Of a stretch of DNA of 64,000 bases, positions 8,953 through 17,939 are shown piece by piece (positions within the stretch are counted from its first letter, which is position 1; every line of letters starts with the position of its first letter). The notes under the pieces are model-generated. The model had not been told where the DNA came from. It ran no database searches and saw only the letters and a list, made by a program, of their open reading frames with translations. The translations under genes were made by a program, and so were the position numbers. Source of the DNA: an uncultured Acidobacteriota bacterium (GTDB lineage: Bacteria; Acidobacteriota; Vicinamibacteria; Vicinamibacterales; UBA2999); NCBI GenBank assembly GCA_902826515.1, contig CADEFD010000003.1, positions 968 to 64,967 on the forward strand, written 5' to 3'.

Positions 8953-9738
8953 ATGATTCGCGCCCTGTATACCGCCGCGAGCGGCATGAACGCCCAGCAG
9001 ACCAGCATCGACAACGTCGCGCACAACCTGGCCAACGTCAACACGGCCGGCTACAAGAAGAGCCACGTCGAGTTCGAGGACCTCTTCTACCAGCACACCA
9101 GGGTGCCCGGCGCCGCCACCACGACCGGCGATTCGCCGACCGGCCTCGAAGTGGGGCTCGGCACGCGTGTCGTCGCCACCTCGCGCGACTTCACGACCGG
9201 CAGCTTCCGGGCCACCGGCAGCCCGCTCGACATCGCCATCCAGGGCGACGGCTTCTTCCAGATCAACATGCCCGACGGCACGACGGCCTTCACGCGCGCC
9301 GGCGCGCTGCATCGCGACGGCCAGGGCCTGGTCGTGACCGCCGACGGCTACGCCCTCGAGCCGCAGATCTCGATTCCCGAGAACGCCACCTCGATCACCA
9401 TCACCCGCGACGGCGTCGTCTCGGCGACGATTCCCGGTCAGAGCGCCGCGCAGCAGCTCGGCGTCATCGAGCTTGCGACCTTCCAGAATCCGTCGGGCCT
9501 GACGCCGATGGGCGGCAACCTCTTCCAGGTGACGAGTGCCTCGGGCGAACCGCAGACCGGCCCGGCCGGCACCGAACAGCGCGGTGGCCTGCAGCAGGGG
9601 TATCTCGAAGATTCGAACGTGAGCGTGGTCGAGGAGATGGTCAACATGATTCTCGGGCAGCGCGCGTATGAAGCCAGCTCGAAGGTCATCAAGGCCGCTG
9701 ACGAGATGCTCGCCCAGGTCAACAACATCGTTCGATGA
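8953..9738 (+). CDS. flgG: FlgG, distal rod protein
   Basis: MIRALYTAASGMNAQQTSIDNVAHNLANVNTAGYKK...GYLEDSNVSVVEEMVNMILGQRAYEASSKVIKAADEML. 261 aa. Confidence 0.96.
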   Translation: MIRALYTAASGMNAQQTSIDNVAHNLANVNTAGYKKSHVEFEDLFYQHTRVPGAATTTGDSPTGLEVGLGTRVVATSRDFTTGSFRATGSPLDIAIQGDGFFQINMPDGTTAFTRAGALHRDGQGLVVTADGYALEPQISIPENATSITITRDGVVSATIPGQSAAQQLGVIELATFQNPSGLTPMGGNLFQVTSASGEPQTGPAGTEQRGGLQQGYLEDSNVSVVEEMVNMILGQRAYEASSKVIKAADEMLAQVNNIVR

Positions 9739-10430
9739 TGCGCCTCACCCTGCTCCTCGGCGCGCTCGCGGCGGCCGCTCCGGCGACGCCCGTCGCGCTT
9801 GCTCCGGCGACCCACGCGGCCGTCGTGGCGGCGGTGCGGGCGCGCATGGGCGCCGATGCCGACGTGCAGGTGCAGGCGCTCGGCGCGCCGGTGCCGCCGG
9901 TGGCGGCGGTGACCGACGCCGTGCTCGAACCCGGCGCGGCGATGGGCGCGGTGATGCGCGTGGCGCTCAGGGCGCCGGTCGACCGCGGCGGCGCGCAGGT
10001 GCTGGCACCGGTGGCGCACGTGTCGGTCAGGGTCGAGGTCGTTGTCGACCACTGGCACACGACCCGCGCGGTGCCGCGCGGCGCCCGGCTCGGCGACGGC
10101 GACCTCATGCGGGTGCGGCATCGCCTGACGCGCGGGGCGCTGCGTCCGTGGCCCGTCGAAGACGAGGTGCGCGAAGCGCGCGCCGTCCAGGATCTCGCCG
10201 CCGATGCGTGTCTCACGACGCGTGTCGTCGCGCCGACGCCGGCGGTGACCGCCGGCGCGGACGTGACCGGCATCGTGCGCGACGGCGGCATGGAAGTCCG
10301 CGCGCAGCTCGTGGCCGTCGATTCCGGCCGCATCGGCGACCTGGTGCGCGTCATGCATCCGGAGAGCCGCAGAACGTTCCGGGCCCGCGTGACCGCGCGA
10401 GCCGAAGTGGAGATTCGTCATGACCGATAA
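9735..10430 (+). CDS. flgA: FlgA, P-ring assembly chaperone
   Basis: Signal peptide. C-terminal SAF-like region (VTAGADVTGIVRDGGMEVRAQLVAVDSGRIGDLVRVMHPESRRTFRARV). Position flgG-flgA-flgH. Confidence 0.8.
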   Translation: MMRLTLLLGALAAAAPATPVALAPATHAAVVAAVRARMGADADVQVQALGAPVPPVAAVTDAVLEPGAAMGAVMRVALRAPVDRGGAQVLAPVAHVSVRVEVVVDHWHTTRAVPRGARLGDGDLMRVRHRLTRGALRPWPVEDEVREARAVQDLAADACLTTRVVAPTPAVTAGADVTGIVRDGGMEVRAQLVAVDSGRIGDLVRVMHPESRRTFRARVTARAEVEIRHDR

Positions 10431-11181
10431 CCGCAGACTCCGCCGCCGCCTGGCGGCCGCCACGATCGCCGTCGTCGTCACGATGCCCGTGGTGGCGCTG
10501 GCGCAGGCGGGCGCCCGCCCGGCCGCGTCCGCTGCGGCTGCCCCCACGCCCGCAAAGGGGAAGAAGCCCGAGCCGCCGGTGCCGCCGCCCGACGCGCAGG
10601 ACAAGGCGCTCGCGCGGTATCTCGAGACGGCGCGGTCGATGCCGTCGGCCGATCCGAACGCGTGGATGCAGGGCCTCACGCTCGACCTGCGGGCCCGGCG
10701 GGTGAACGACATCCTCACCGTGCGTGTCGAGGAGACGATTGCCGCGACCGGCACGGCCGACACCGCCCTCGGCAAGTCCACCTCGACCGGCGTCGGCATC
10801 TCGACCCTCTTCGGGCTGCAGAGCAAGATCCCGGCAGGCATCGGCCTGGGCGACCTGGCGGGCAGCCAGAGCAACACCGACTTCAGCGGCAGCGGCACGA
10901 CGGCGCGGGCGAGCGCCCTGTCGGCCACCATCAGTGCGCGCGTGGCCGAGGTGCTGCCGAACGGCGACCTGCTCGTCGAAGGTGTGCGCGAGATCGAAAT
11001 CAACGGCGACCGCCAGGTCGTCGTGCTCACGGGCGTCGCCCGTGTCGTCGACATCGGCCCGGGCAACGTCATTCCGTCGAGCGTGCTCGGACAACTCAGC
11101 ATCCGCTACTTCGGGCGCGGCCTGACCAAGGGCAGTCTCACGCCCGGCTGGCTCGTGCGCATCCTCAACAAGGTGTTCTGA
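10420..11181 (+). CDS. flgH: FlgH, L-ring lipoprotein
   Basis: Signal sequence. DILTVRVEETIAATGTADT...NGDLLVEGVREIEINGDRQVVVLTGVARVVDI is a typical FlgH core. Confidence 0.92.
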   Translation: MTDNRRLRRRLAAATIAVVVTMPVVALAQAGARPAASAAAAPTPAKGKKPEPPVPPPDAQDKALARYLETARSMPSADPNAWMQGLTLDLRARRVNDILTVRVEETIAATGTADTALGKSTSTGVGISTLFGLQSKIPAGIGLGDLAGSQSNTDFSGSGTTARASALSATISARVAEVLPNGDLLVEGVREIEINGDRQVVVLTGVARVVDIGPGNVIPSSVLGQLSIRYFGRGLTKGSLTPGWLVRILNKVF

Positions 11182-11183
11182 CC

Positions 11184-12308
11184 ATGGCTTCCAGTCTTTC
11201 CGTCGCCCGCTTCGCCGTCGCCGCCGCGCTGCTCGTCGCGCTGGCCGCGCCCACGCTCCGCGCCGACACGACCGTGCGTCTCAAGGACGTCGTGTCGATG
11301 CAGGGCCCCGAAGCGCTGCCGCTCATGGGCTACGGCCTCATCGTCGGCCTGAACAAGACCGGCGACCGCCGCCAGACCATCTTCTCCACGCAGTCGCTGG
11401 CCAACATCCTCCAGCAGCTCGGCCTGTCGGTGCGGCCGGGCGAGGTGAAGGTCGAGAACATCGCCGCCGTGCTCGTCACCGCCAGCCTGCCGGTGTACGC
11501 GCGGCCCGGCGTGCGCCTCGACGTCACGGCCTCGTCGATTGGCGACGCCCGCAGCCTCCAGGGCGGCACGCTGCTCGCGACCGCGCTGCGCGGACCGAAC
11601 GGCCAGGTGTTCGCGCTCGCCCAGGGCCCGCTCTCGATCGGCGGCTTCGGCGGCGGCTCGGGCGGCAACTCGGTGGCCGTCAACCATCTCACCGTGGGCC
11701 GGGTGCCGAACGGCGCGCTCGTGCAGCAGGGCAGCGGGGTCGTGATGGCGGTCACCGACGTGGTGCCGCTGTCGCTGCGCGAACCCGACTTCGCGACCGC
11801 CGTGCGCGTGGCCGGCGCCATCAACGCCGACCTCGGCGAAGGCAAGGCCCGCGTGCTCGATCCGGGCACCGTGGCCGTGGCCGTGCCGACGCAGTACCGC
11901 GATTCGCTGCCGGATCTCATGGCGCGGCTCGAAGCGCTCACCGTCATCTCCGACACCCCGGCGCGCGTCGTCATCAACGAGCGCTCGGGCACCATCGTCG
12001 TCGGCGCCAACGTGCGCATCGCCGCGGCGGCCGTCGCACACGGGAATCTCTCGGTGCGCATCAGCACCAAGTTCGAGGTCTCGCAGCCGAATGCGCTCGC
12101 CCGCACCGGCGACACCGTGGTCGTGCCGAACACGAACGTGGACGTCCGCGAGGGCACGGCGCGTCTCGTGTCGCTCGAGGAAGGGACAACTCTCGATGCC
12201 GTCGTGCGCGCCCTCAACACGCTCGGCGCCACGCCGCGCGACATCATCGCCATCATGCAGGCGCTCAAGGCCGCCGGGGCGCTGCATGCGGAGATCGTGA
12301 TCATCTAA
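11184..12308 (+). CDS. flgI: FlgI, P-ring protein
   Basis: Signal peptide, then VRLKDVVSMQGPEALPLMGYGLIVGLNKTGD...LNTLGATPRDIIAIMQALKAAGALHAEIVII. ATG is an internal start of ORF 10662-12308. Confidence 0.95.
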   Translation: MASSLSVARFAVAAALLVALAAPTLRADTTVRLKDVVSMQGPEALPLMGYGLIVGLNKTGDRRQTIFSTQSLANILQQLGLSVRPGEVKVENIAAVLVTASLPVYARPGVRLDVTASSIGDARSLQGGTLLATALRGPNGQVFALAQGPLSIGGFGGGSGGNSVAVNHLTVGRVPNGALVQQGSGVVMAVTDVVPLSLREPDFATAVRVAGAINADLGEGKARVLDPGTVAVAVPTQYRDSLPDLMARLEALTVISDTPARVVINERSGTIVVGANVRIAAAAVAHGNLSVRISTKFEVSQPNALARTGDTVVVPNTNVDVREGTARLVSLEEGTTLDAVVRALNTLGATPRDIIAIMQALKAAGALHAEIVII

Positions 12309-12313
12309 GAGCA

Positions 12314-12360
12314 GGGGCTCGGGGCTCGGGGCTCGGGACTGGGAGCTCGGGGCCAGGGAC
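12314..12360 (+). repeat. (GGGGCTC)x3 tandem heptamer plus degenerate G-tracts in the flgI-flgJ spacer
   Basis: GGGGCTCGGGGCTCGGGGCTCGGGACTGGGAGCTCGGGGCCAGGGAC read directly from the sequence. There are at least 6 G3-4 runs on the sense strand. Confidence 0.8.
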
Positions 12361-12379
12361 GAGGTCTCGGGACGACACC

Positions 12380-13240
12380 ATGAAGACGACACTCGAAACG
12401 CTCGCGATTGCGCAGGCGCCGGTGCAGGCGCCGACGACGCCGGCTGAGGCCGAGCGGATGCAGGTGCTCGCGCTCGTCGAGCAGTTCGAGGGCATGCTGC
12501 TCAGCGAGATGCTGCGCGACGTGCGCGCCGGCGACGAGGAGGACGAGGAAGGCTTCGGCCTCGGCGCCTCCACGATGACCGACACGATGCAGGGCGAGTT
12601 CGGCCTGGCGCTCAGCCGCGCCGGCGGACTCGGCCTTGGCGAGACGCTGGCCAAGGCGCTGCTCCGCAAGGCGCAGACCGACGCCGCGGTCGAGGCGGCG
12701 GTGGTCCCCACGGCCATCGCCGCCCCGGCCTCCGGCGCCCCGGGTGTCCCCACCACCCAGGCGCCGGCCGACGACCACGCCGGCCACGCCCACCCCACGG
12801 GCGGCGGGCCGGCGTCGGTCGTGGCCCACGGGGCGCCGGTGTCGTCGGCCTTTGGCTGGCGGAGCGATCCGTTCACGGGCAAGGCCACCTTCCACAAGGG
12901 CGTCGATCTCGCTGCCGCGTACGGCACGCAAGTGCGCGCATTTGACGGGGGTGTCGTGAAATCGGCCGGGGAACGGTCGGGCTACGGACTCACGGTCGTG
13001 GTGGACCACGGCGACGGCCGCGAGACCCTGTACGCCCACCTGTCGTCGCTCGGCGTCTCTCCTGGCGAGCCCGTGGCCGCTGGACAGCCGATTGCATTGT
13101 CAGGGAACAGCGGACGCGCGACTGGCGCACATCTGCACTTCGAGGCACGGGAATACGGCCGGCCGGTGGATGCAGGGCGGCTCGCGGCGGTCTGGAACGG
13201 CCGGGCTTCCGACACGAGTGTCGGCGCATCGGACGAATGA
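12380..13240 (+). CDS. flgJ: FlgJ-like rod-binding domain fused to an M23 peptidase
   Basis: N-terminal rod-binding motif (LVEQFEGMLLSEMLRDV). C-terminal M23/LytM block (FHKGVDLAAAYGTQVRAFDGGVV...VVVDHGDGRETLYAHL...SGNSGRATGAHLHFE). Confidence 0.85.
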   Translation: MKTTLETLAIAQAPVQAPTTPAEAERMQVLALVEQFEGMLLSEMLRDVRAGDEEDEEGFGLGASTMTDTMQGEFGLALSRAGGLGLGETLAKALLRKAQTDAAVEAAVVPTAIAAPASGAPGVPTTQAPADDHAGHAHPTGGGPASVVAHGAPVSSAFGWRSDPFTGKATFHKGVDLAAAYGTQVRAFDGGVVKSAGERSGYGLTVVVDHGDGRETLYAHLSSLGVSPGEPVAAGQPIALSGNSGRATGAHLHFEAREYGRPVDAGRLAAVWNGRASDTSVGASDE

Positions 13241-13252
13241 CGGCCGCGGTAC

Positions 13253-13279
13253 TAATGGAGTCGCGGGCATTGCCGATTG
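13253..13279 (+). promoter_or_regulatory. Sigma-28-type promoter upstream of flgM
   Basis: TAATGGAG-N11-GCCGATTG versus consensus TAAAGTTT-N11-GCCGATAA. It lies ~50 nt upstream of the flgM ATG. Confidence 0.55.
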
Positions 13280-13330
13280 GTTGGGGGAACGACCAGCGGG
13301 CGTGGGGCCCGGCCTGGGAGGGACACGACG

Positions 13331-13633
13331 ATGAAGATTGAACAGAACCGCGCCAACCTCGAGACGATTGCCGGCAACCGGGCCGACGCGGTGCGCGACG
13401 AACGCGCCGCCGCGGCCGAGAAGGCCACCGAGGCCGACCGGTCCGCCGACCAGGTCCGGGTGTCGACCACCGGACAACTGGCTGCCGCGGCCGCCGCGAA
13501 GGCCAACGAGGCCTCCGACATCCGGCCCGACGCGGTGGAGCGCGGGCGGGCGCTGCTCGAGCGCGGCGAGCTCGGGCGTGATGCCGACCGGCTGGCCGAC
13601 AAGCTCATCGACAGCATGTTCGATCGGAGCTAG
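13331..13633 (+). CDS. flgM: FlgM, anti-sigma-28 factor
   Basis: 100 aa. C-terminal IRPDAVERGRALLERGELGRDADRLADKLIDSMF is a typical FlgM sigma-28-binding region. Start at MKIEQN. Confidence 0.8.
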   Translation: MKIEQNRANLETIAGNRADAVRDERAAAAEKATEADRSADQVRVSTTGQLAAAAAAKANEASDIRPDAVERGRALLERGELGRDADRLADKLIDSMFDRS

Positions 13634-14004
13634 TGACCGTGACGCCGACCCGACCCGCGGCGGTGCTGGACCAGGCGCGCGAGCTCCGCGAGGTGCTCGA
13701 GGTGCTGGCCGCGGCGCTCGGGCGCGGGGACGCCTCGGCGGTGCTCGCCGCCGAACCGGCCCTGCAGGCGGCGGTCGCGTCGGTGGTCGCGGGCGGCGCG
13801 GTCGCCGCGGCGGATCGCACGGCCACCGCCGAGGAACTGCACCGCGCCCGCACGGCGCTGGCGCGCTGCCGGGCGATCGGCGCGGCCACCGCGGATCTCA
13901 CCGGCGTCACCCTGGACGTGCTGGGCGGCGCCGGATCCTACAGCCGGCACGGCGCCGGCCAGCCGCGCGCCCCGCGCGGCCGTGATCTCCACGCGAGGGT
14001 GTGA
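13633..14004 (+). CDS. FlgN-like export chaperone candidate (hypothetical)
   Basis: 123-aa helical, Ala/Leu-rich protein between flgM and flgK, coupled to both by overlapping codons. The assignment is positional only. Confidence 0.35.
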   Translation: MTVTPTRPAAVLDQARELREVLEVLAAALGRGDASAVLAAEPALQAAVASVVAGGAVAAADRTATAEELHRARTALARCRAIGAATADLTGVTLDVLGGAGSYSRHGAGQPRAPRGRDLHARV

Positions 14005-15368
14005 TGGCCGGACTCTTCTCCAGTCTGTCGATGGCGGCCCGGTCGCTCGAAGCGCAACGCGCCGGGCTCGACACGGCGGGCCAGAACATCGCCAACCTGA
14101 ATACGCCCGGGTATGCGCGCCGGCGTCTCGATCTGGCCGAAGTCACCAACGGCACCGGCGGCGTCGAAGTGCTCGGCACGCGCGCCATGCGTGACGCCGT
14201 GCTCGATGCCCGCGCCCGTACCGCCATTCCCGACGAAGCCCGCGAAGGCGCCATCGTCGACACGCTCGCCCTGGTCGAGACCTCGATCGGCGCGCCCGGA
14301 CAATCGCTCGACGGGCGCCTGGCGGCGTTCTTCGACGCGGTGTCGGCGTTGTCGGTCGATCCGACCTCGGCCGTCGCGCGCGATGGCGTGGTGCTGCAGG
14401 GACGGCAGCTGGCCGCGTCGTTCGCCGATGTCGCCGGACGATTGGCCGACAGCGCCCGACTCGCCGACAACGGCGTGCGGGATGCCGCCGCCGAACTGAA
14501 CTCGCTCACTGCGCAGATCGCCGAACTGAACGACGCCATCGCCACCGGCGGCGGCGCCGACGTCGAGGCGCTGCGCGACCGCCAGCAGATCGCGCTCGAA
14601 AAACTCTCGGGGCTGACCTCGGTGGCCGTGCTCACGCGCGCCGACGGCGGCGTGGACGTCACGATTCCCTCGGGTCGCGCCCTCGTCATCGGCGGCTCGT
14701 CGTACGACGTGCAGGTGGGCACGGCGCCCTCGACCGGTTACGCCACGCTCTCGCTCAACAACATCGACGTGACGAGCGAGTTCACGAACGGCAAGATCGG
14801 CGGCCTGTCCTACGCGCGCGACACGCTGATTCCCGGCTATCAATCGCGCCTCGACGACATCGCCTACGGCGTGGCGCAGCAGGTCAACACGCTGCACCAG
14901 GCCGGCTTCGATCTCAACGGCAACGCCGGCGTGGCCTTCTTCACGCCGCCGGCGGCGGTGGCCGGCGCGGCCGCCAATCTCGCGGTGAACCCGGCGCTCA
15001 CCGCCAACCCCAGTCTGGTCGCCGCCTCGCAGACCGGCGCGCCCGGCGACAACCAGATCGCGCGGCAGATCGCCGCGCTCCGCGATTCGCAGGTGCTGCT
15101 CGGCGGCACCGCCACCTTCACCGAAGGCTGGGCGCAGCTGGCCTACCGCGTCGGCGCCGATGTGGATGCGGCGCGCGCGCAGCAGCAGAGCAAGCAGGAC
15201 GTCGCCGAGCAGGTGGCGCGGCTGCGCGATCAGGTCTCGGGCGTGTCGCTCGACGAAGAAGCGGCGTCGATGATCAAGTTCCAGCGCGCCTACGAGGCCA
15301 ACGCCAAATATTTCAGCACCGTGGACGAGATGCTGCTCACGCTCATGCGCACGGTGGGAGGCGGGTAA
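14004..15368 (+). CDS. flgK: FlgK, hook-filament junction protein 1
   Basis: MAGLFSSLSMAARSLEAQRAGLDTAGQNIANLNTPGYARRR...VSLDEEAASMIKFQRAYEANAKYFSTVDEML. A GTG at 14001 is an alternative start. Confidence 0.93.
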   Translation: MAGLFSSLSMAARSLEAQRAGLDTAGQNIANLNTPGYARRRLDLAEVTNGTGGVEVLGTRAMRDAVLDARARTAIPDEAREGAIVDTLALVETSIGAPGQSLDGRLAAFFDAVSALSVDPTSAVARDGVVLQGRQLAASFADVAGRLADSARLADNGVRDAAAELNSLTAQIAELNDAIATGGGADVEALRDRQQIALEKLSGLTSVAVLTRADGGVDVTIPSGRALVIGGSSYDVQVGTAPSTGYATLSLNNIDVTSEFTNGKIGGLSYARDTLIPGYQSRLDDIAYGVAQQVNTLHQAGFDLNGNAGVAFFTPPAAVAGAAANLAVNPALTANPSLVAASQTGAPGDNQIARQIAALRDSQVLLGGTATFTEGWAQLAYRVGADVDAARAQQQSKQDVAEQVARLRDQVSGVSLDEEAASMIKFQRAYEANAKYFSTVDEMLLTLMRTVGGG

Positions 15369-16255
15369 TGCGGGTCACCTTCCGGACCGCCTACGGCGGC
15401 AGCGAATACCTCGAGGCGTCGTCGAGCCAGATGGCGAAGGCGCGCCAGCAGGTGATGAGCGGCAAACGGGTCGAGAAGGCGAGCGACGACCCGGCGGCGA
15501 TGCAGCGGTCGGTCGAAGGCCGCGGCGAAATCGGCGCGCTCGAGACCTACTCGCGCACGGCCGATTCCGCCCTCGCGAAGCTCACCACCATGGACACGGT
15601 GCTCGGCGCCGTCGTCGACAAGCTCCAGCAGGCCAAGGTGGCCACCGTGTCGGTGCAGGGCTCGATCGCCACGACGCAGCAGCGCGAGGCCGCGGCGCTC
15701 ACCCTCGAAGGGATCCGCGACGCCCTCGCCGCCGACCTCAACACCGAAGTGCGCGGCGCGTATGTCTTCGCCGGCAGCCAGGCGACCACGCCGCCGTGGG
15801 CGAAGATCGCCGGCTCGTGGACCTATCAGGGCAACGCCGCGCCGGTCGCGGTGGACATCGGCCCCGGCCAGACGGTGGACGTGGCGCTCGACGGCCAGGC
15901 GCTCGCGCAGGGCACCGACGCCACCAACGTGCTCAACGAACTCGAGACGCTCATCGTGGCCGTGCGCGCCGGTGACAACCCCGGCATGGCCGCCGGCACG
16001 GCCGCCATCGACCGCGCCTTCGTGCGGGCCACGCGCGCGCAGAGCTCCGTCGGCGTGGACGAGCAGGGCATCGACGAACGCCAGCTCCAGATCACGTCGG
16101 CGCGCCTCTCGGTCGTGACCCGCGTGTCGAAGGACGAGGATGCCGACCTCGCGCTCGCCATCTCCGAGATGAACCGCGCGCAGACCGCCTACCAGGCGGC
16201 GCTCGGCGCCATCGGCACCGCGTCGCGCGCCTCGCTTCTGGACTACCTGCGATGA
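15368..16255 (+). CDS. flgL: FlgL, hook-filament junction protein 3
   Basis: Flagellin-like N-terminus (MRVTF..QMAKARQQVMSGKRVEKASDDPAA) and C-terminus (DADLALAISEMNRAQTAYQAALGAIG). Follows flgK. Confidence 0.9.
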   Translation: MRVTFRTAYGGSEYLEASSSQMAKARQQVMSGKRVEKASDDPAAMQRSVEGRGEIGALETYSRTADSALAKLTTMDTVLGAVVDKLQQAKVATVSVQGSIATTQQREAAALTLEGIRDALAADLNTEVRGAYVFAGSQATTPPWAKIAGSWTYQGNAAPVAVDIGPGQTVDVALDGQALAQGTDATNVLNELETLIVAVRAGDNPGMAAGTAAIDRAFVRATRAQSSVGVDEQGIDERQLQITSARLSVVTRVSKDEDADLALAISEMNRAQTAYQAALGAIGTASRASLLDYLR

Positions 16256-16695
16256 CCACCGCGCCGCCGCTCCCGCCGGCCACCGTCGAGACCCGCTTCG
16301 GCACCTTCCCGGTGGCCGCGGCCGACATCGTGCACTTCGCGCACGGTCTGCCCGGCTTCGAGTCGTGCCGCCAGTTCGTGCTCATCGCGGCGCCGGAACT
16401 GCTGCCGTTCACCTGCCTGCACGGCATCGACGCGCCGGGACCCTCGTTCCTCACGCTCGATCCGCGGCAGATCGTCGCCGGATACGCGTCGCCCCTCGGC
16501 GCCGCCGAACGCCACCGCCTCGAGGCGGCTCCCGAGGAGCCGCTGCTGTGGCTCGCGATCGTGCACGTGGACGATCTGGCCATCACCGCCAACCTGCGCG
16601 CGCCGATCGTCATCAACCCGCGCCGCATGCTCGGCCTGCAGGTGATGGGGGCCGACACCGCGTGGGCCACCGATCACCTCCTGACGGACGAGTAG
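16252..16695 (+). CDS. fliW: FliW, flagellin-binding assembly factor and CsrA antagonist
   Basis: VETRFGTFPVAAADIVHFAHGLPGFESCRQFVLI...ITANLRAPIVINP is a typical FliW. Immediately precedes csrA. Confidence 0.9.
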   Translation: MTTAPPLPPATVETRFGTFPVAAADIVHFAHGLPGFESCRQFVLIAAPELLPFTCLHGIDAPGPSFLTLDPRQIVAGYASPLGAAERHRLEAAPEEPLLWLAIVHVDDLAITANLRAPIVINPRRMLGLQVMGADTAWATDHLLTDE

Positions 16696-16699
16696 GGCG

Positions 16700-16951
16700 A
16701 TGCTGGTCTTCACACGCAGGCGCGACGAAGCCATCGTCATCGGCGACGGGATCGAGGTGCGCGTGCTGCGCACCGGCAAGGACGCCGTGCGCATCGGCGT
16801 CACCGCGCCCACGCAGGTGCTCGTGCACCGCCGCGAGGTCTACGACGCCGTGCGCGCCGCCAACCAGACCGCCGCGCAGGCGGTGCTGCCGCCGGTGGCG
16901 CACCTGGCCGGCCGGCTGCGGCTGCAGCCGCCGCTCGAGCGCGTGGAGTAA
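16700..16951 (+). CDS. csrA: CsrA, carbon storage regulator (flagellar-type with C-terminal extension)
   Basis: MLVFTRRRDEAIVIGDGIEVRVLRTGKDAVRIGVTAPTQVLVHRREVY. 83 aa, longer than the 61-aa enterobacterial type. Confidence 0.95.
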   Translation: MLVFTRRRDEAIVIGDGIEVRVLRTGKDAVRIGVTAPTQVLVHRREVYDAVRAANQTAAQAVLPPVAHLAGRLRLQPPLERVE

Positions 16952-16954
16952 GCC

Positions 16955-17893
16955 GTGCGCCGCTGTCTGCCCTGGGCGGACGCCCCGTCCGCCGCCATGT
17001 CGGCGGTCTTCGCGGCCGAAGCCGCGCGCTGGCGCGACCGGCTCGCGTGGGAGACGGCGCCGCTCTGGCCCGTCCTCGAACACGCCCGCCTGACACGCAC
17101 GCTGCCGGGTTTCGTGCTGCGCGAGGCCAGCGGCGCCGTCACCGGCTGGACCTACGCCGCCGTGCGCGACGGCGAACTGCTGTGCGGAGCGTTATCCGCG
17201 CCGGACATCGCCGGCACCGCGCAGCTCCTCGACGGCGTGCTGGCGCTGCCGGAGGCGGGCACCTCCACGCGCATCGTCTGCTTCGCCTTCACCGACGCCC
17301 CGGACCTTGCCGCCGCCCTCGCCGCGCGCGGCTTCCTGCTCGACCCGCACGAGTACCTGACCCGGCCGCTCGCCGGGGCGCCGGCGGCGCGACGCCCGGG
17401 CCGCGCCTGGGACGTCCGCGATCTCGACGCCACCGCCGAACTCTTCCGCGCCAGTTATCCGGCAGGTGATCCGGGACGGCCGTTCGCGCCCTACAGCCGG
17501 CCCGCCGAGTGGCAGCGATACGTCGCCGATCTCGTCCTCGGCCAGGGGTGCGGCCGCTTCCGTCCGTCGCTGTCGATTGCCGTGCCGGGCCCCGGCGGCA
17601 CGCTCGACGCGGCCGCCATCGTGACCGATCTCGGCGCCGGCACGGCGCACCTCGCGCAGCTCGCGGTGCGGCCGGGCCTGCGCGGCGCCGGCCTCGGCGC
17701 GGCGATGCTCGCCAGTCTCTCGGCCTCGTGTCTCGCCGCCGGGTTCACGCGGCTCTCGCTGCTCGTCGGCGCCAGCAACACGACGGCACGGCGCCTGTAC
17801 GCGCGGGCCGGCTTCACGCCGTGCGCGTGGTTCGTGTCGGCGACGCGGGCCGGACGGGCGGGCGAGACGCGACGCGAATCGACCGCCGCCTGA
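16955..17893 (+). CDS. GNAT-family N-acetyltransferase (two-lobed)
   Basis: C-terminal acetyl-CoA motif A (LAQLAVRPGLRGAGLGAAMLASL...ARRLYARAGF). GTG start 4 nt after the csrA stop. Confidence 0.65.
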   Translation: MRRCLPWADAPSAAMSAVFAAEAARWRDRLAWETAPLWPVLEHARLTRTLPGFVLREASGAVTGWTYAAVRDGELLCGALSAPDIAGTAQLLDGVLALPEAGTSTRIVCFAFTDAPDLAAALAARGFLLDPHEYLTRPLAGAPAARRPGRAWDVRDLDATAELFRASYPAGDPGRPFAPYSRPAEWQRYVADLVLGQGCGRFRPSLSIAVPGPGGTLDAAAIVTDLGAGTAHLAQLAVRPGLRGAGLGAAMLASLSASCLAAGFTRLSLLVGASNTTARRLYARAGFTPCAWFVSATRAGRAGETRRESTAA

Positions 17894-17939
17894 CCGGCGG
17901 ACACTTCGGCGGAACGGGTGTGGGGAAGGCGGCGGCTGG

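Noticed and set aside
10004-10066. TGGCACCGGTGGCGCA and TGGCACACGACCCGCG sigma-54-like strings inside flgA
   Set aside because: The GG/GC spacing is right, but the -12 regions are GC-only (GCGCA, CCGCG), which is expected by chance at this G+C content. Both are mid-gene, with no obvious need for a promoter.
10404-10430. ACCGATAA resembling a sigma-28 -10 box at the flgA/flgH junction
   Set aside because: The 8-mer 19 nt upstream (GAAGTGGA) has no TAAA-like -35. The element lies within the first codons of flgH, so it cannot serve that gene.
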